From: Bacteroidales bacterium
GTDB lineage: Bacteria; Bacteroidota; Bacteroidia; Bacteroidales; JAIORY01
Reading direction: 5' to 3'
DNA length: 38,469 bases
NCBI GenBank assembly: GCA_021107915.1
Contig: JAIORY010000219.1
Span: 1 to 38,469, forward strand
Shown: piece by piece, positions 8,644-17,824 of the stretch
Position numbering within the stretch: the stretch's first letter is position 1
Layout: each line of letters opens with the position of its first letter
The notes under the pieces: generated by a model
Told to the model about the DNA's origin: nothing
What the model saw: the letters and a program-made list of their open reading frames with translations, nothing else
Database searches by the model: none
Translations under genes and position numbers: made by a program

Positions 8644-10374
8644 ATGAAAAAAATCTTATTAACATTTAGTTTATTTCTTGCGATAGGAATAAGTATTAAT
8701 TCCTATGCATGTACTAATTACCTGATTACTAAAGGCGCATCAGTTGATGGTTCAACGATGATCTCTTATGCTGCAGATTCTCATGTCCTTTTCGGAGAAC
8801 TATATCACTGGCCTTCTGCCACATACCCCGAAGGTGCAATGATGGACATTTATGAATGGGATACAGGTGAATATCTGGGTCAGATTGAGCAAGTTAGCGA
8901 AACATTTAATGTTATTGGAAACATGAATGAGTATCAAGTTGCCATTGGAGAAACAACTTATGGCGGTCGTTCAGAGCTGAGTAAACAACCCGGTGCAATT
9001 ATGGATTACGGAAGTCTTATGTTTGTTGCTTTGCAAAGATCAAAATCAGCACGCGAAGCTATTAAAATCACAGCCGAGCTAATGGAAAGATATGGTTATT
9101 ACAGCTCTGGTGAGTCTTTTTCGGTTTCCGATAAAAATGAAGTATGGATAATGGAACTTATTGGAAAAGGCAAAGAAGAAAAAGGTGCTGTCTGGGTTGC
9201 CAGAAGAGTACCTGATGGTTATGTTTGTGCTCATGCTAATCAGGCAAGGATAACAACTTTTCCTCTTGAAAACAAAACAACTTCTATTTCTTCCGATAAT
9301 CTTGATATGATATTTGACAAAGATATAGAATGTGTTTATGCTGCTGATGTTATTTCTTTTGCCAGAAAAAATAGCTGGTACAAAGGAAAAGATAAATATT
9401 TCAGCTTTTCTGATACTTATGCACCGGTTGATTTTGGTGGAGCACGTTTCTGTGAAATTCGTGTTTGGACTATGTTTAATGCTGTTGCTGATGGTATGGA
9501 TCAATATTGGGATTATTGTAAAGGTCATATAAAACATGATAAAAAATATGTTGATGGCAGGAAAAATATCAATCAATATGCAACCAACAGAATGCCACTT
9601 TGGATAAAACCGGATAAAAAGGTTTCTGTTCATGATATGATGATGTTTATGAGAGATCATCTTGAAGGTACCGAGCTTGACATGAGAAAAGATATTGGTG
9701 CCGCACCATTTGAGGTTCCTTACCGATGGCGTCCTTTAACATGGAAAGTTGATGATGTAGGTTATTGTAATGAAAGAGCAACAGCTACACAGCAAACAGG
9801 ATTTTCATTTGTTACTCAGTCACGGTCATGGTTGCCTGATGAAATTGGTGGAATTTTCTGGATGAGTGTTGATGACGCTGCCAGTAGTGTTTATGTTCCT
9901 TTTTATTCAAGTATTACAAATGTGCCTCATACTTTTGAAAGAGGAAATGGAAAAATGATGGAATGGTCTGATGATGCAGCTTTTTGGGTATTTAATCAGG
10001 TAAGCAATTTTGCATACACACGCTATAACCTTATTCATCCCGAAATTGAAAAAGTACAATTTGCATTGGAAAATGAATTTATTGAATTCACAAATGCTGT
10101 TGATGCAGGTGCTTTTGAACTTCATAAAAAAGATAAAAAACTTGCTGTTGAATATCTTACAAATTACTCAATAAATCAGGGAAACCGTGTTGTTTATACA
10201 TGGAAGAAGTTATATCAACATCTTTTTATGAGGTTTATGGATGGTAATGTTAAAGAACCAAATCCGGGTAAACAAAATCCGAAACTCGAACAACCCGGCT
10301 ATGATGAAGAATGGTATCGTTTAATAATTGAAAAAACCGGAGATAGATTTAAGGTTATCGGTTCAGCGCATTAG
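8644..10374 (+). CDS. Peptidase family C69 dipeptidase (secreted), paralog 1
   Basis: Signal peptide followed by the nucleophile Cys in YACTNYLITKGASVDGSTMISY, then conserved blocks GESFSVSDKNEVWIMELIG and VWVARRVPDGYVCAHANQARI. Confidence 0.8.
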   Translation: MKKILLTFSLFLAIGISINSYACTNYLITKGASVDGSTMISYAADSHVLFGELYHWPSATYPEGAMMDIYEWDTGEYLGQIEQVSETFNVIGNMNEYQVAIGETTYGGRSELSKQPGAIMDYGSLMFVALQRSKSAREAIKITAELMERYGYYSSGESFSVSDKNEVWIMELIGKGKEEKGAVWVARRVPDGYVCAHANQARITTFPLENKTTSISSDNLDMIFDKDIECVYAADVISFARKNSWYKGKDKYFSFSDTYAPVDFGGARFCEIRVWTMFNAVADGMDQYWDYCKGHIKHDKKYVDGRKNINQYATNRMPLWIKPDKKVSVHDMMMFMRDHLEGTELDMRKDIGAAPFEVPYRWRPLTWKVDDVGYCNERATATQQTGFSFVTQSRSWLPDEIGGIFWMSVDDAASSVYVPFYSSITNVPHTFERGNGKMMEWSDDAAFWVFNQVSNFAYTRYNLIHPEIEKVQFALENEFIEFTNAVDAGAFELHKKDKKLAVEYLTNYSINQGNRVVYTWKKLYQHLFMRFMDGNVKEPNPGKQNPKLEQPGYDEEWYRLIIEKTGDRFKVIGSAH

Positions 10375-10385
10375 AATTTTAAATC

Positions 10386-10623
10386 GGACACTGATTTTTA
10401 TGATAATTATGATTACATAAGATTTTTTGATCATAAAAATCATAATTAGTGTCTGTCCATAAAGTCAATTATATTGATAAAATTTTAGATTTATGATTTA
10501 AAATTTTAGATTTAAATGTATAGAATCCGCTAATATCAACAAATTTTTAAATTTTATATCTGAATTCTAAAATCTTAAATTGTTAAAACAAAACTTTATG
10601 GACAGACACTAATTAATCAGTGT
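10386..10623. repeat. Nested palindromic intergenic element (MITE/REP-like), full copy
   Basis: Perfect 15-bp inverted repeat GTCTGTCCATAAAGT (10451-10465) / ACTTTATGGACAGAC (10593-10607). Outer pair ACACTGAT/ATCAGTGT (10388-10395 / 10616-10623). Inner arms are built of TTTAGATTTATGATTT-type units. A partial copy lies at 22248-22389. Confidence 0.8.
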
Positions 10624-10638
10624 ACCATTTTTAACATT

Positions 10639-12225
10639 ATGAAAAAAGTAACTCTTCTAATTTTATCATTTTTTCTCTCAAGCATAGTCTTCCCATGCAC
10701 AAATTTTATCGTTACCAAGGGTGCTTCCGCTGATGGGTCAACATTTTTAGCATACACTAATGATGGTGAATGGATATATCATCTTGATAAAACACCGGCT
10801 AAAAACCATAAATTCGGAGATTCTTTAGAGTTTTCAGGAAGATTTGGTGCAAAAGGTAAAATACATCAAGTATCACACACTTATGCTGTTATTGGATTTC
10901 AAATGAATGAACATCAGGTAGCTGTTGGAGAAACTACTTTTGTTGGAAGAGAAGAACTTTGGAATAAATCCAAATATCTTGAATACTGGCATTTAATGCG
11001 CTTAGCTTTAGAAAGGGCAAAAACAGCAAGAGAGGCTATAAAAATTATGACAGAATTGGTTGAACAATATGGCTACGGAAGCGAGGGAGAATCTTTTTCA
11101 ATTGCCGATCCCAATGAAGCATGGATACTCGAAATGATAGGAACAGGAGATGGCGGTGAAGGTGCTGTGTGGGTAGCTGTCAAAATCCCTGACGGATATA
11201 TTTCAGCTCATGCAAATATGGCAAGGATTGGAGAATTTTCATTAGATGATCCGGAAAATTGTTTGTATTCAGCTAATATAATTTCTTTTGCAGTTGAGAA
11301 TGGATATTACGATACTGATTCAGGTGAGCCGTTTCGATTTAATGAGGCATACTGTCCTTCTACTCCCGAGCGTTTAAAATATTGTGAATCCAGAGTTTGG
11401 AGTTTGTTTAACAGAGCAGCACCATCAAAAAACCTTTCAAGTGATTATTGCCGTGGAGTTAAAAATACCGAAAGATATCCATTATTCATTAAGCCTGATA
11501 AAAAAATTAAACTGGAAAATGTTATGGATCTTATCAGAGATCATTATGAAGGAACTGATTTCGATATGACTAAAGGCATTGATGCCGGTCCTTTCGGATC
11601 ACCAAGCAGATGGGGTCCACTTTCGTGGGAAAATGATTCGCTAAAATACTCCTGGGAAAGACCAATTTCTATATTCAATTCTGCATTTTCATATATCGCA
11701 CAATTGCGATCATGGTTGCCCAATGAGCTTGGTGGGATTGCATGGTTCGGAGTGGATGATACTTTTTTTTCATGTTATTTCCCTGTTTATTGTGGAGTAA
11801 CTGAAATATCTGAACCTTTTACAAAAGGTGATATCCGTAACTTTTCATGGGAGTCAGCTTGGTGGACATTTAATTTTGTTTCCAATTTTTCCAATCTTAA
11901 ATATTCTTATATGAAAAAGGATATTCAAAAAGTTCAACATAAACTTGAATCAAAATTTATTTCCGATCAGGATTCTATTACAGAGATTGCCTTGAATTTG
12001 AATGAAGAAGAGCGAATTAAATTTCTCACAGAATATTCATGTAATCAAGGGAAACTGGCTCACAAAGAATGGGTTGAATTGGCAGAGTTTTTGATAATGA
12101 AATATAATGATGGATATTTAAAAAATGAAAATGGTAAAATAACGTCTCCCGGATATCCTGATGAGTGGAAACAACAAATGATAAATATTTATCCTGAGAA
12201 ATTTAATATTAATCGGAACCGGTAA
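10639..12225 (+). CDS. Peptidase family C69 dipeptidase (secreted), paralog 2
   Basis: FPCTNFIVTKGASADGSTF nucleophile block, GESFSIADPNEAWILEMIG, VWVAVKIPDGYISAHANMARI. Colinear with paralog 1. Confidence 0.8.
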   Translation: MKKVTLLILSFFLSSIVFPCTNFIVTKGASADGSTFLAYTNDGEWIYHLDKTPAKNHKFGDSLEFSGRFGAKGKIHQVSHTYAVIGFQMNEHQVAVGETTFVGREELWNKSKYLEYWHLMRLALERAKTAREAIKIMTELVEQYGYGSEGESFSIADPNEAWILEMIGTGDGGEGAVWVAVKIPDGYISAHANMARIGEFSLDDPENCLYSANIISFAVENGYYDTDSGEPFRFNEAYCPSTPERLKYCESRVWSLFNRAAPSKNLSSDYCRGVKNTERYPLFIKPDKKIKLENVMDLIRDHYEGTDFDMTKGIDAGPFGSPSRWGPLSWENDSLKYSWERPISIFNSAFSYIAQLRSWLPNELGGIAWFGVDDTFFSCYFPVYCGVTEISEPFTKGDIRNFSWESAWWTFNFVSNFSNLKYSYMKKDIQKVQHKLESKFISDQDSITEIALNLNEEERIKFLTEYSCNQGKLAHKEWVELAEFLIMKYNDGYLKNENGKITSPGYPDEWKQQMINIYPEKFNINRNR

Positions 12226-12340
12226 ATTGCACTTTAAATATAATGTACTTCATACAATTTTAAAATTGATTCACCAATTAAAAGCCCATAGGTTTTTAAT
12301 TCGATATTTTGTTTCCTGACCAATAACCAAGAATTTAACC

Positions 12341-12844
12341 TTACCCTAAATTTTCTGCTTCTATTTCAATTAACAGATTATACCCGATATTTTCAATTCT
12401 TATAACAAGATTATTTTTACCTTTTATTTGTATAATCTCACCCTTGGTTCCTTTAAGAGGTCCTTCTTTAATTTTTACTTTTTCGCCGGGTTTAAGCTTT
12501 TCGTTCGTTAGCTTAAATGATAACTGATTTTCGAGAGTTTTTCGTAATGCATCAATTTGCCATTCCGGTATGGGTGCTGCTTTTCCTTCAAAAAAGATAT
12601 ATCGTATAGCACCATCAACATTCAATATATCGTAATATTCTTTTTCACTTGTTTTTACAAAAACATAGGATCTTATAAGAGGTTCTTCAACTTTCTTTGT
12701 CCTGTCTGACCATTGTTTTACTTTTTTTATTAAAGGCAAATAAGCTTCAAAACCGCAATTATTTAGTTCGTTATAAACTTTTTTTTCCCAGCGAGGTCTT
12801 GTATAAAGAGCGTACCAATTATATATTAAATTATATTGTGTCAT
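12341..12844 (-). CDS. UpxY-family (NusG-like) transcription antiterminator
   Basis: WYALYTRPRWEKKVYNEL NGN-type N-terminus and a C-terminal KOW-like GEKVKIKEGPLKGTKGEI. Confidence 0.75.
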   Translation of the reverse strand: MTQYNLIYNWYALYTRPRWEKKVYNELNNCGFEAYLPLIKKVKQWSDRTKKVEEPLIRSYVFVKTSEKEYYDILNVDGAIRYIFFEGKAAPIPEWQIDALRKTLENQLSFKLTNEKLKPGEKVKIKEGPLKGTKGEIIQIKGKNNLVIRIENIGYNLLIEIEAENLG

Positions 12845-12930
12845 TAATCTTATTTTCTCTTTTTAGGTTATTATTCTTTAAAGGAGCTCAAAAAACACAT
12901 TTTCCTCTATGGGGGAATTAAAAGAGATAC

Positions 12931-13890
12931 TTACACTTTTAATAAAAATGGATGATAGTCGCCTTTAATACCAATGGGTTTGGCATTTCTGATGTAGTGG
13001 ACTGTTTCTATGGTATTTCTGGATTCTTCTATGCCATAACCGTTTCCCTTTAAAATTTTCTGGTAACTAATTGTATGAAGATCGGTAAAACCGCCACTAA
13101 ATTCTATTTCTTCGTTTGCAACTGTTGCCGAGCGATATGTTCTTTGTCCTTGTTTTGCTAATTCTGTTGGAATGAATTTTGGGTCAAGGCTTAAAAACCA
13201 TCGTACTCTTGCTTTTTCGGTTTGTATGAAACCGGCGGCAGTATTTGGTTTTGAATAATGAACGATATTTTGTTTTACTTTTCCAAAAACATTTGTGATC
13301 ATATCAAAAAAATGTACTCCAATATTTGTTGCAACACCACCTGATTTTTCAATATCTCCTTTCCACGACATAAAATACCAATGTCCGCGGCTTGTAATGT
13401 AGGTCAAATCAATATCATAGATTTTATCTTTGGGTCCATTATCAATTTTTTCTTTTAATTTTATTATTGAAGGATGAAGTCTTAACTGTAAAATGTTATA
13501 GATTTTTTTCCCGGTTTCCTGTTCTATTTCCTGAAGTGCATCAACATTCCATGGGTTAAGCACTAATGGTTTTTCACAAATGGCATCTGCGTCATTACGG
13601 AGAGATAAACGAATATGAGCATCATGCAGATAATTAGGAGAACAGATACTTACATAATCAATTTTTCTTTTACCTTGCCTTCTGAGTTTATCTAAATGCC
13701 GGTCGAATCTTTCAGGTTCTGTAAAGAAATCAGCTTTCGGGAAATAACTGTCGATAATTCCAACACTATCAAATTTATCAAGAGCTGCTACAAGATCGTT
13801 ATTTGTATCTTTTATTGCTTTCATGTGGCGTGGGGCGATATAGCCGGCTGCGCCTATGAGAGCGAAGTTTTTTTGGTTGTGTGGTGACAT
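12931..13890 (-). CDS. Gfo/Idh/MocA-family oxidoreductase (WbpB-like sugar-nucleotide dehydrogenase)
   Basis: N-terminal Rossmann motif FALIGAAGYIAPRHMKAI and EKPL block (ICEKPLVLN). Sits in a polysaccharide locus. Confidence 0.7.
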   Translation of the reverse strand: MSPHNQKNFALIGAAGYIAPRHMKAIKDTNNDLVAALDKFDSVGIIDSYFPKADFFTEPERFDRHLDKLRRQGKRKIDYVSICSPNYLHDAHIRLSLRNDADAICEKPLVLNPWNVDALQEIEQETGKKIYNILQLRLHPSIIKLKEKIDNGPKDKIYDIDLTYITSRGHWYFMSWKGDIEKSGGVATNIGVHFFDMITNVFGKVKQNIVHYSKPNTAAGFIQTEKARVRWFLSLDPKFIPTELAKQGQRTYRSATVANEEIEFSGGFTDLHTISYQKILKGNGYGIEESRNTIETVHYIRNAKPIGIKGDYHPFLLKV

Positions 13891-13896
13891 GTTATG

Positions 13897-13937
13897 TTTG
13901 AGTTTTGAGTTGTCAGTTATCGGTTATCGGTTATTGG
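13897..13937. repeat. Heptamer tandem array (GTTATCG/GTTGTCA units), left flank of four-helix-bundle gene 1
   Basis: GTTGTCAGTTATCGGTTATC (13909-13928) is the perfect reverse complement of 14346-14365. The array fills the 40-nt gap to the next gene. Confidence 0.9.
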
Positions 13938-14299
13938 TTTGTTTTCCAGTTTTTTCTTACATATTCAATAAATGCAAAAATTTGTTTTCCCAAATCATCA
14001 TATTTCTTAAAAAAAACTTTATCTTCATCCAAATTATACAGAACATCCATCATTTCAATATGAGATTGTGTTTCAAGACAATATGAATATGCATAAGTTA
14101 AAAACTTAATAAATTCATTCTTATAGATTTTTCTACCATATCCTTCAATAATATTACTTCTAACACTTTGTGCAGATCTTCTAATTTGAGAACCTAATTC
14201 ATAAAGTTCATATTTAGGCATTTTAAAGGATAAGTGATGTGTTTTGATTGCCATTTCAAAGGCATCATTATAAATATTTAAATCTCTATAACTTTTCAT
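13931..14299 (-). CDS. Four-helix-bundle protein (23S rRNA intervening-sequence protein / TIGR02436, Avd-like family), copy 1
   Basis: SYRDLNIYNDAFEMAIKTHHL...LGSQIRRSAQSVRSNIIEGYGRK...FLTYAYSYCLETQSHIEM matches the family pattern as I recall it. Confidence 0.8.
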   Translation of the reverse strand: MKSYRDLNIYNDAFEMAIKTHHLSFKMPKYELYELGSQIRRSAQSVRSNIIEGYGRKIYKNEFIKFLTYAYSYCLETQSHIEMMDVLYNLDEDKVFFKKYDDLGKQIFAFIEYVRKNWKTNQ

Positions 14300-14313
14300 T
14301 TAAATATAAATTT

Positions 14314-14380
14314 AACTGACAACTGACAACTGATAACTGACAACTGATAACCGATAACTGACAACTGACAACTGATAACA
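14314..14380. repeat. Heptamer tandem array (CTGACAA/CTGATAA/CCGATAA x9), right flank of four-helix-bundle gene 1
   Basis: Nine consecutive 7-nt units filling the whole gap between the wzc-like stop (14384) and the 4HB start (14299). Inverted relative to the left flank. Confidence 0.9.
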
Positions 14381-14383
14381 CTT

Positions 14384-16855
14384 CTAATACTTATTAAAAA
14401 CCCTCTTCCAAAACGAAGTTTTTTCTTCTTCTTTATCATCGGAATAATACCCATATCCGTAGCCATACCCATATCCGTAACCATATCCGTACCCATAACC
14501 GTATCCGTAACCATATCCGTAGCCATAAGAATCTTTGCTAAGTTTTACATCATTAATTAATATGCTGACATTTGGCATTTCTCTTTTTTCAACATCTTTA
14601 ATTATTGACTCAAATATTTTTTTGTTTGTATAGTTTTGTCTTACAACGAAGAGGTTAACATCAGTATGTTCCATTAAAAGGAAGGCATCGGTAACAAGTC
14701 CTACCGGAGGTGTATCTATAATAATATAGTCATACTTTTCTTTTAATTTTTTAAACATCTCTTTTGTCTTATCCGATGCTATTAATTCGGCGGGATTTGG
14801 AGGAACCGGACCTGCCATTATAATATCAAGATTTTCGACAGGAGATGTTTGAATAATATCTTCAAATTTACTTTTGTTGATGAGATATGAACTGAGACCT
14901 TCAGTATTTGTCAAACCGAAATCCTGATAAATTTTAGGTTTACGAAGGTCGAATCCGAGAAGAACAGTTTTTTTATCAAATTGGGCAAATATGGATGCCA
15001 GATTGATTGCAATAAAAGTTTTTCCGGCAGCTACCATATCCGAAGTAACCATTATTACTTGTTTGTCTTTTCCCTTTCCGAGATATTGAAGATTGGTTCT
15101 TACCGATCTGAATGACTCGGAAATAGAAGATTTTGGAGATTCGGCAACTACAACCTTGCCTTCTTTGGTACTGTGAATTATATGTCCTGCAATTGGGAAA
15201 TTAGTTATCTTTTCTACATCTTTTCGTTCAATAATTTTATCATTAAAATAATCTTTACCAAAAACATAAGCAATAGGAATGATAAGACCGATTATCAGGG
15301 CAATCATATAATTCAGGCTTTTCTTTGGATAAACCGGAGTTAAACCCTCTTCTCTTGCGATATCAATTATTTCGTTATCCGGAAGATTTGATGCTTTGGT
15401 AATCTGGGCTTCCGAACGTCTTTCGAGAAGATAAGTATAAATAGCATCATTAAGTTTATATTTTCTTTCGATAGTAATAAGCTGACGCTGGGTTTTTGGT
15501 AATTTGCTTATTCTTTGAGTAAGTTCAGATAAACGTCTATTAATATCTTTTAATGCAATATCAGAAGTTTCAACAATATTATCAATATTTTCGATAAGAG
15601 CTTTTTTAGTATTATTGATCTTTTGATCAAGGATAATTATTAAAGGACTCTTTATTGTAGAACTTAATAATGTTTCTGCTCTTTCGGAATAAAATTTTGA
15701 TAATTCAATAACCAGATTATTAACCATAGGGTCTTCAATTCCCATAGATGAAGGAACAACCATATCTTCAACATTATCTTTGGTTTTCAGATAATTTTTA
15801 AGATTTTCATAATATTTAGATTTGATTATCAATACTGCTTTTTCATCTTCAAGCTCTTTCATGTATTCAAAAACCTGCTGCGCCTGAAATTCCAAATCCA
15901 TTATTTCATTTACAGTACGATAATCCTGCAATCTTTGTTCTGTACTACGTAATGAATCCGTAATACCAAGCAATTCATTATCAATAAAATTAATAGTATT
16001 AATAGCGATCTTATTCTTTTTTTCCAGTCCGCGATTTAGATATTCTAACGTTAAAGCATTTAGGAAATTAACAGATTTTTGAATATTATTTCCTTTTAAA
16101 GAAATTTTAACAATACTTGCTTCACGGTTTATAGGTTCAATCCCAAAACCCCTAAATTGACCAACAAGACTCTCAAGACTATTAAAAGTAAAAGAAATAT
16201 TTTTCTTTAGATATTTTTCTTTATCATATTTTTCATTTAAGAGAACTTTAAACTTAAAACCATTACTTTTAATGGTTTTTCCAAAATTAAATTCTTTACT
16301 CAGAGATAATTTTTCGATCTCCTTTTCTGAATATTCATAATTTTTAAAATCATAAAGTTTAACTTCTTCGGCATTAACTTCAAGATGAAATTTTTTATCT
16401 GATAAAATGTTAATATTAAAAGAAATTCCTGTTGATTGTGGAAAAGCGGTATCTATAATAACAGTAATAGGAGAAGTTTGATAAAGTTCTTTTGTAATGA
16501 ATTTATCTTCAAAAAAATAAGAAATATTAAAATCAAGATTTTTAAGGGTTCTGTATGTTAATGAGTATGATTGTAATATTCCTATTTCGTTTTCGAGATT
16601 TTGTTGTTCTTTACCCATTCCAAAACCAATAAGTGATTGTGCATCAAATGAAGATTTGTCATCTTGAATTAAAACGGTAGAATTGACTTCATAAACAGAA
16701 GCTGTATATTTATTAAAAACAAAAGCAATAATCAAAGTAATAAAAATTGTAAGAGCAAACAGATACCAATATCTGTAAAACTTAAAAAACAAAGCTTTAA
16801 TGTCTATTGATTCTTCCTGTGGTTGAAAGTCTTGAATATTATTTATATTTTCCAT
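14384..16855 (-). CDS. Polysaccharide co-polymerase / BY-kinase (Wzc-like tyrosine autokinase)
   Basis: N-terminal Wzz/GumC-type TM domain, long coiled region, and a C-terminal P-loop (VTSDMVAAGKTFIAINLA, DYIIIDTPPVG). Ends in a tyrosine cluster. Confidence 0.85.
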   Translation of the reverse strand: MENINNIQDFQPQEESIDIKALFFKFYRYWYLFALTIFITLIIAFVFNKYTASVYEVNSTVLIQDDKSSFDAQSLIGFGMGKEQQNLENEIGILQSYSLTYRTLKNLDFNISYFFEDKFITKELYQTSPITVIIDTAFPQSTGISFNINILSDKKFHLEVNAEEVKLYDFKNYEYSEKEIEKLSLSKEFNFGKTIKSNGFKFKVLLNEKYDKEKYLKKNISFTFNSLESLVGQFRGFGIEPINREASIVKISLKGNNIQKSVNFLNALTLEYLNRGLEKKNKIAINTINFIDNELLGITDSLRSTEQRLQDYRTVNEIMDLEFQAQQVFEYMKELEDEKAVLIIKSKYYENLKNYLKTKDNVEDMVVPSSMGIEDPMVNNLVIELSKFYSERAETLLSSTIKSPLIIILDQKINNTKKALIENIDNIVETSDIALKDINRRLSELTQRISKLPKTQRQLITIERKYKLNDAIYTYLLERRSEAQITKASNLPDNEIIDIAREEGLTPVYPKKSLNYMIALIIGLIIPIAYVFGKDYFNDKIIERKDVEKITNFPIAGHIIHSTKEGKVVVAESPKSSISESFRSVRTNLQYLGKGKDKQVIMVTSDMVAAGKTFIAINLASIFAQFDKKTVLLGFDLRKPKIYQDFGLTNTEGLSSYLINKSKFEDIIQTSPVENLDIIMAGPVPPNPAELIASDKTKEMFKKLKEKYDYIIIDTPPVGLVTDAFLLMEHTDVNLFVVRQNYTNKKIFESIIKDVEKREMPNVSILINDVKLSKDSYGYGYGYGYGYGYGYGYGYGYGYGYGYYSDDKEEEKTSFWKRVFNKY
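14444..14527 (-). repeat. Coding hexanucleotide repeat giving (YG)13-YY in the Wzc-like C-terminal tail
   Basis: 78 nt of imperfect CCATATCCGTA-type hexamers translate to 13 consecutive Tyr-Gly pairs followed by YY. Confidence 0.9.
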
Positions 16856-16878
16856 CTATTTGAATTGAGTTTTAAGAT

Positions 16879-17667
16879 TTATTTAAAGAAATTTATTAAG
16901 AGTAAAGTAGTTGAAATTGCTGAAAATATTGTTGCATAAGGGAATTCGGCAAAAGTAAATTGTTTTCCTTTAAGCGGTTCAATATAAATAATATCGTTAG
17001 GAACTAGATAAAAATAATCTGATTCCAAAATGCTGGTACTTGTAAGATCAAGCCGGTGTATTTCAGAACCGTTTTTTGTTTGACGAACAAGGACAATGTT
17101 TTTTCTGTCGGCGAATGTGCCAAGATCGCCTGCTAATGAAAAGGCTTCAAAAATATTTATGGCATCCTGATATATTTTATACTCACCCGGCCGACTAACT
17201 TCACCAAGCATGGTTATATAGAAATTAACCAGTTTTACGATAACAGTGGATTCTATAATATATTCACTAAGTTTTTCCTGAACCGCATTTTTAGTTTCTT
17301 CAAGTGTCAGATTTTTAATTAGAAGTTTTCCAATTAAGGGGAAATCAATAAATCCATTATCATCAACGGTATAACTGTTAAGATATACACTTATGTCATT
17401 ATTCATATATTGCTGGCTATATTGTGATTCAGCATTAAAAATAGAATTAGCTTTTTGATTTATGCTGGATATTTTAATATAGAGATTATCTCCGGGCTGT
17501 ATTGTATAGTTGATTTTTCGAGGATTTACAAATTTGGTTTTTGCTATTGCATCTGAGGTTTGCTGGAGATATTTTATTTTTTTCTGAGGTACACAGGAAG
17601 AAAAAAGAACAGTAACAATAAGCAAAATTAAAGGTGTTTTTAGAAAGATCAGATTGAGTTTTTTCAT
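16879..17667 (-). CDS. Polysaccharide export outer-membrane protein (Wza/BexD-like)
   Basis: Lipoprotein-type signal (LFSSC), a Poly_export-type block (YTIQPGDNLYIKI) and an SLBB-like repeat (GEVSRPGEYKI). Confidence 0.75.
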   Translation of the reverse strand: MKKLNLIFLKTPLILLIVTVLFSSCVPQKKIKYLQQTSDAIAKTKFVNPRKINYTIQPGDNLYIKISSINQKANSIFNAESQYSQQYMNNDISVYLNSYTVDDNGFIDFPLIGKLLIKNLTLEETKNAVQEKLSEYIIESTVIVKLVNFYITMLGEVSRPGEYKIYQDAINIFEAFSLAGDLGTFADRKNIVLVRQTKNGSEIHRLDLTSTSILESDYFYLVPNDIIYIEPLKGKQFTFAEFPYATIFSAISTTLLLINFFK

Positions 17668-17824
17668 ACGAATTTCATTATTTGTTAGATATATATCTAT
17701 TTATATAGAATTAGCAAAAGTAAGACAAAAGTAAATTACTTTTCAAAACTATTGAAAATATTTTAAAATTGTTCAAATTTTTTACTCAAAATCGGGTGAT
17801 GGATGCTTGATACTGGAAAAAATG

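Noticed and set aside
13931-14299. Diversity-generating retroelement (the four-helix-bundle proteins belong to the Avd-like family)
   Set aside because: The window contains no reverse transcriptase and no template/variable repeat pair with adenine-specific mismatches. This applies to both copies (13931-14299 and 26940-27296).
14296-14526. 76-aa ORF MATDMVTDTVMGTDMVTD... on the minus strand
   Set aside because: It is the alternate reading frame of the (YG)13 hexamer repeat and then runs through the heptamer flank array. Its periodic low-complexity peptide is an artefact of two repeats, and it overlaps the well-supported wzc-like CDS.
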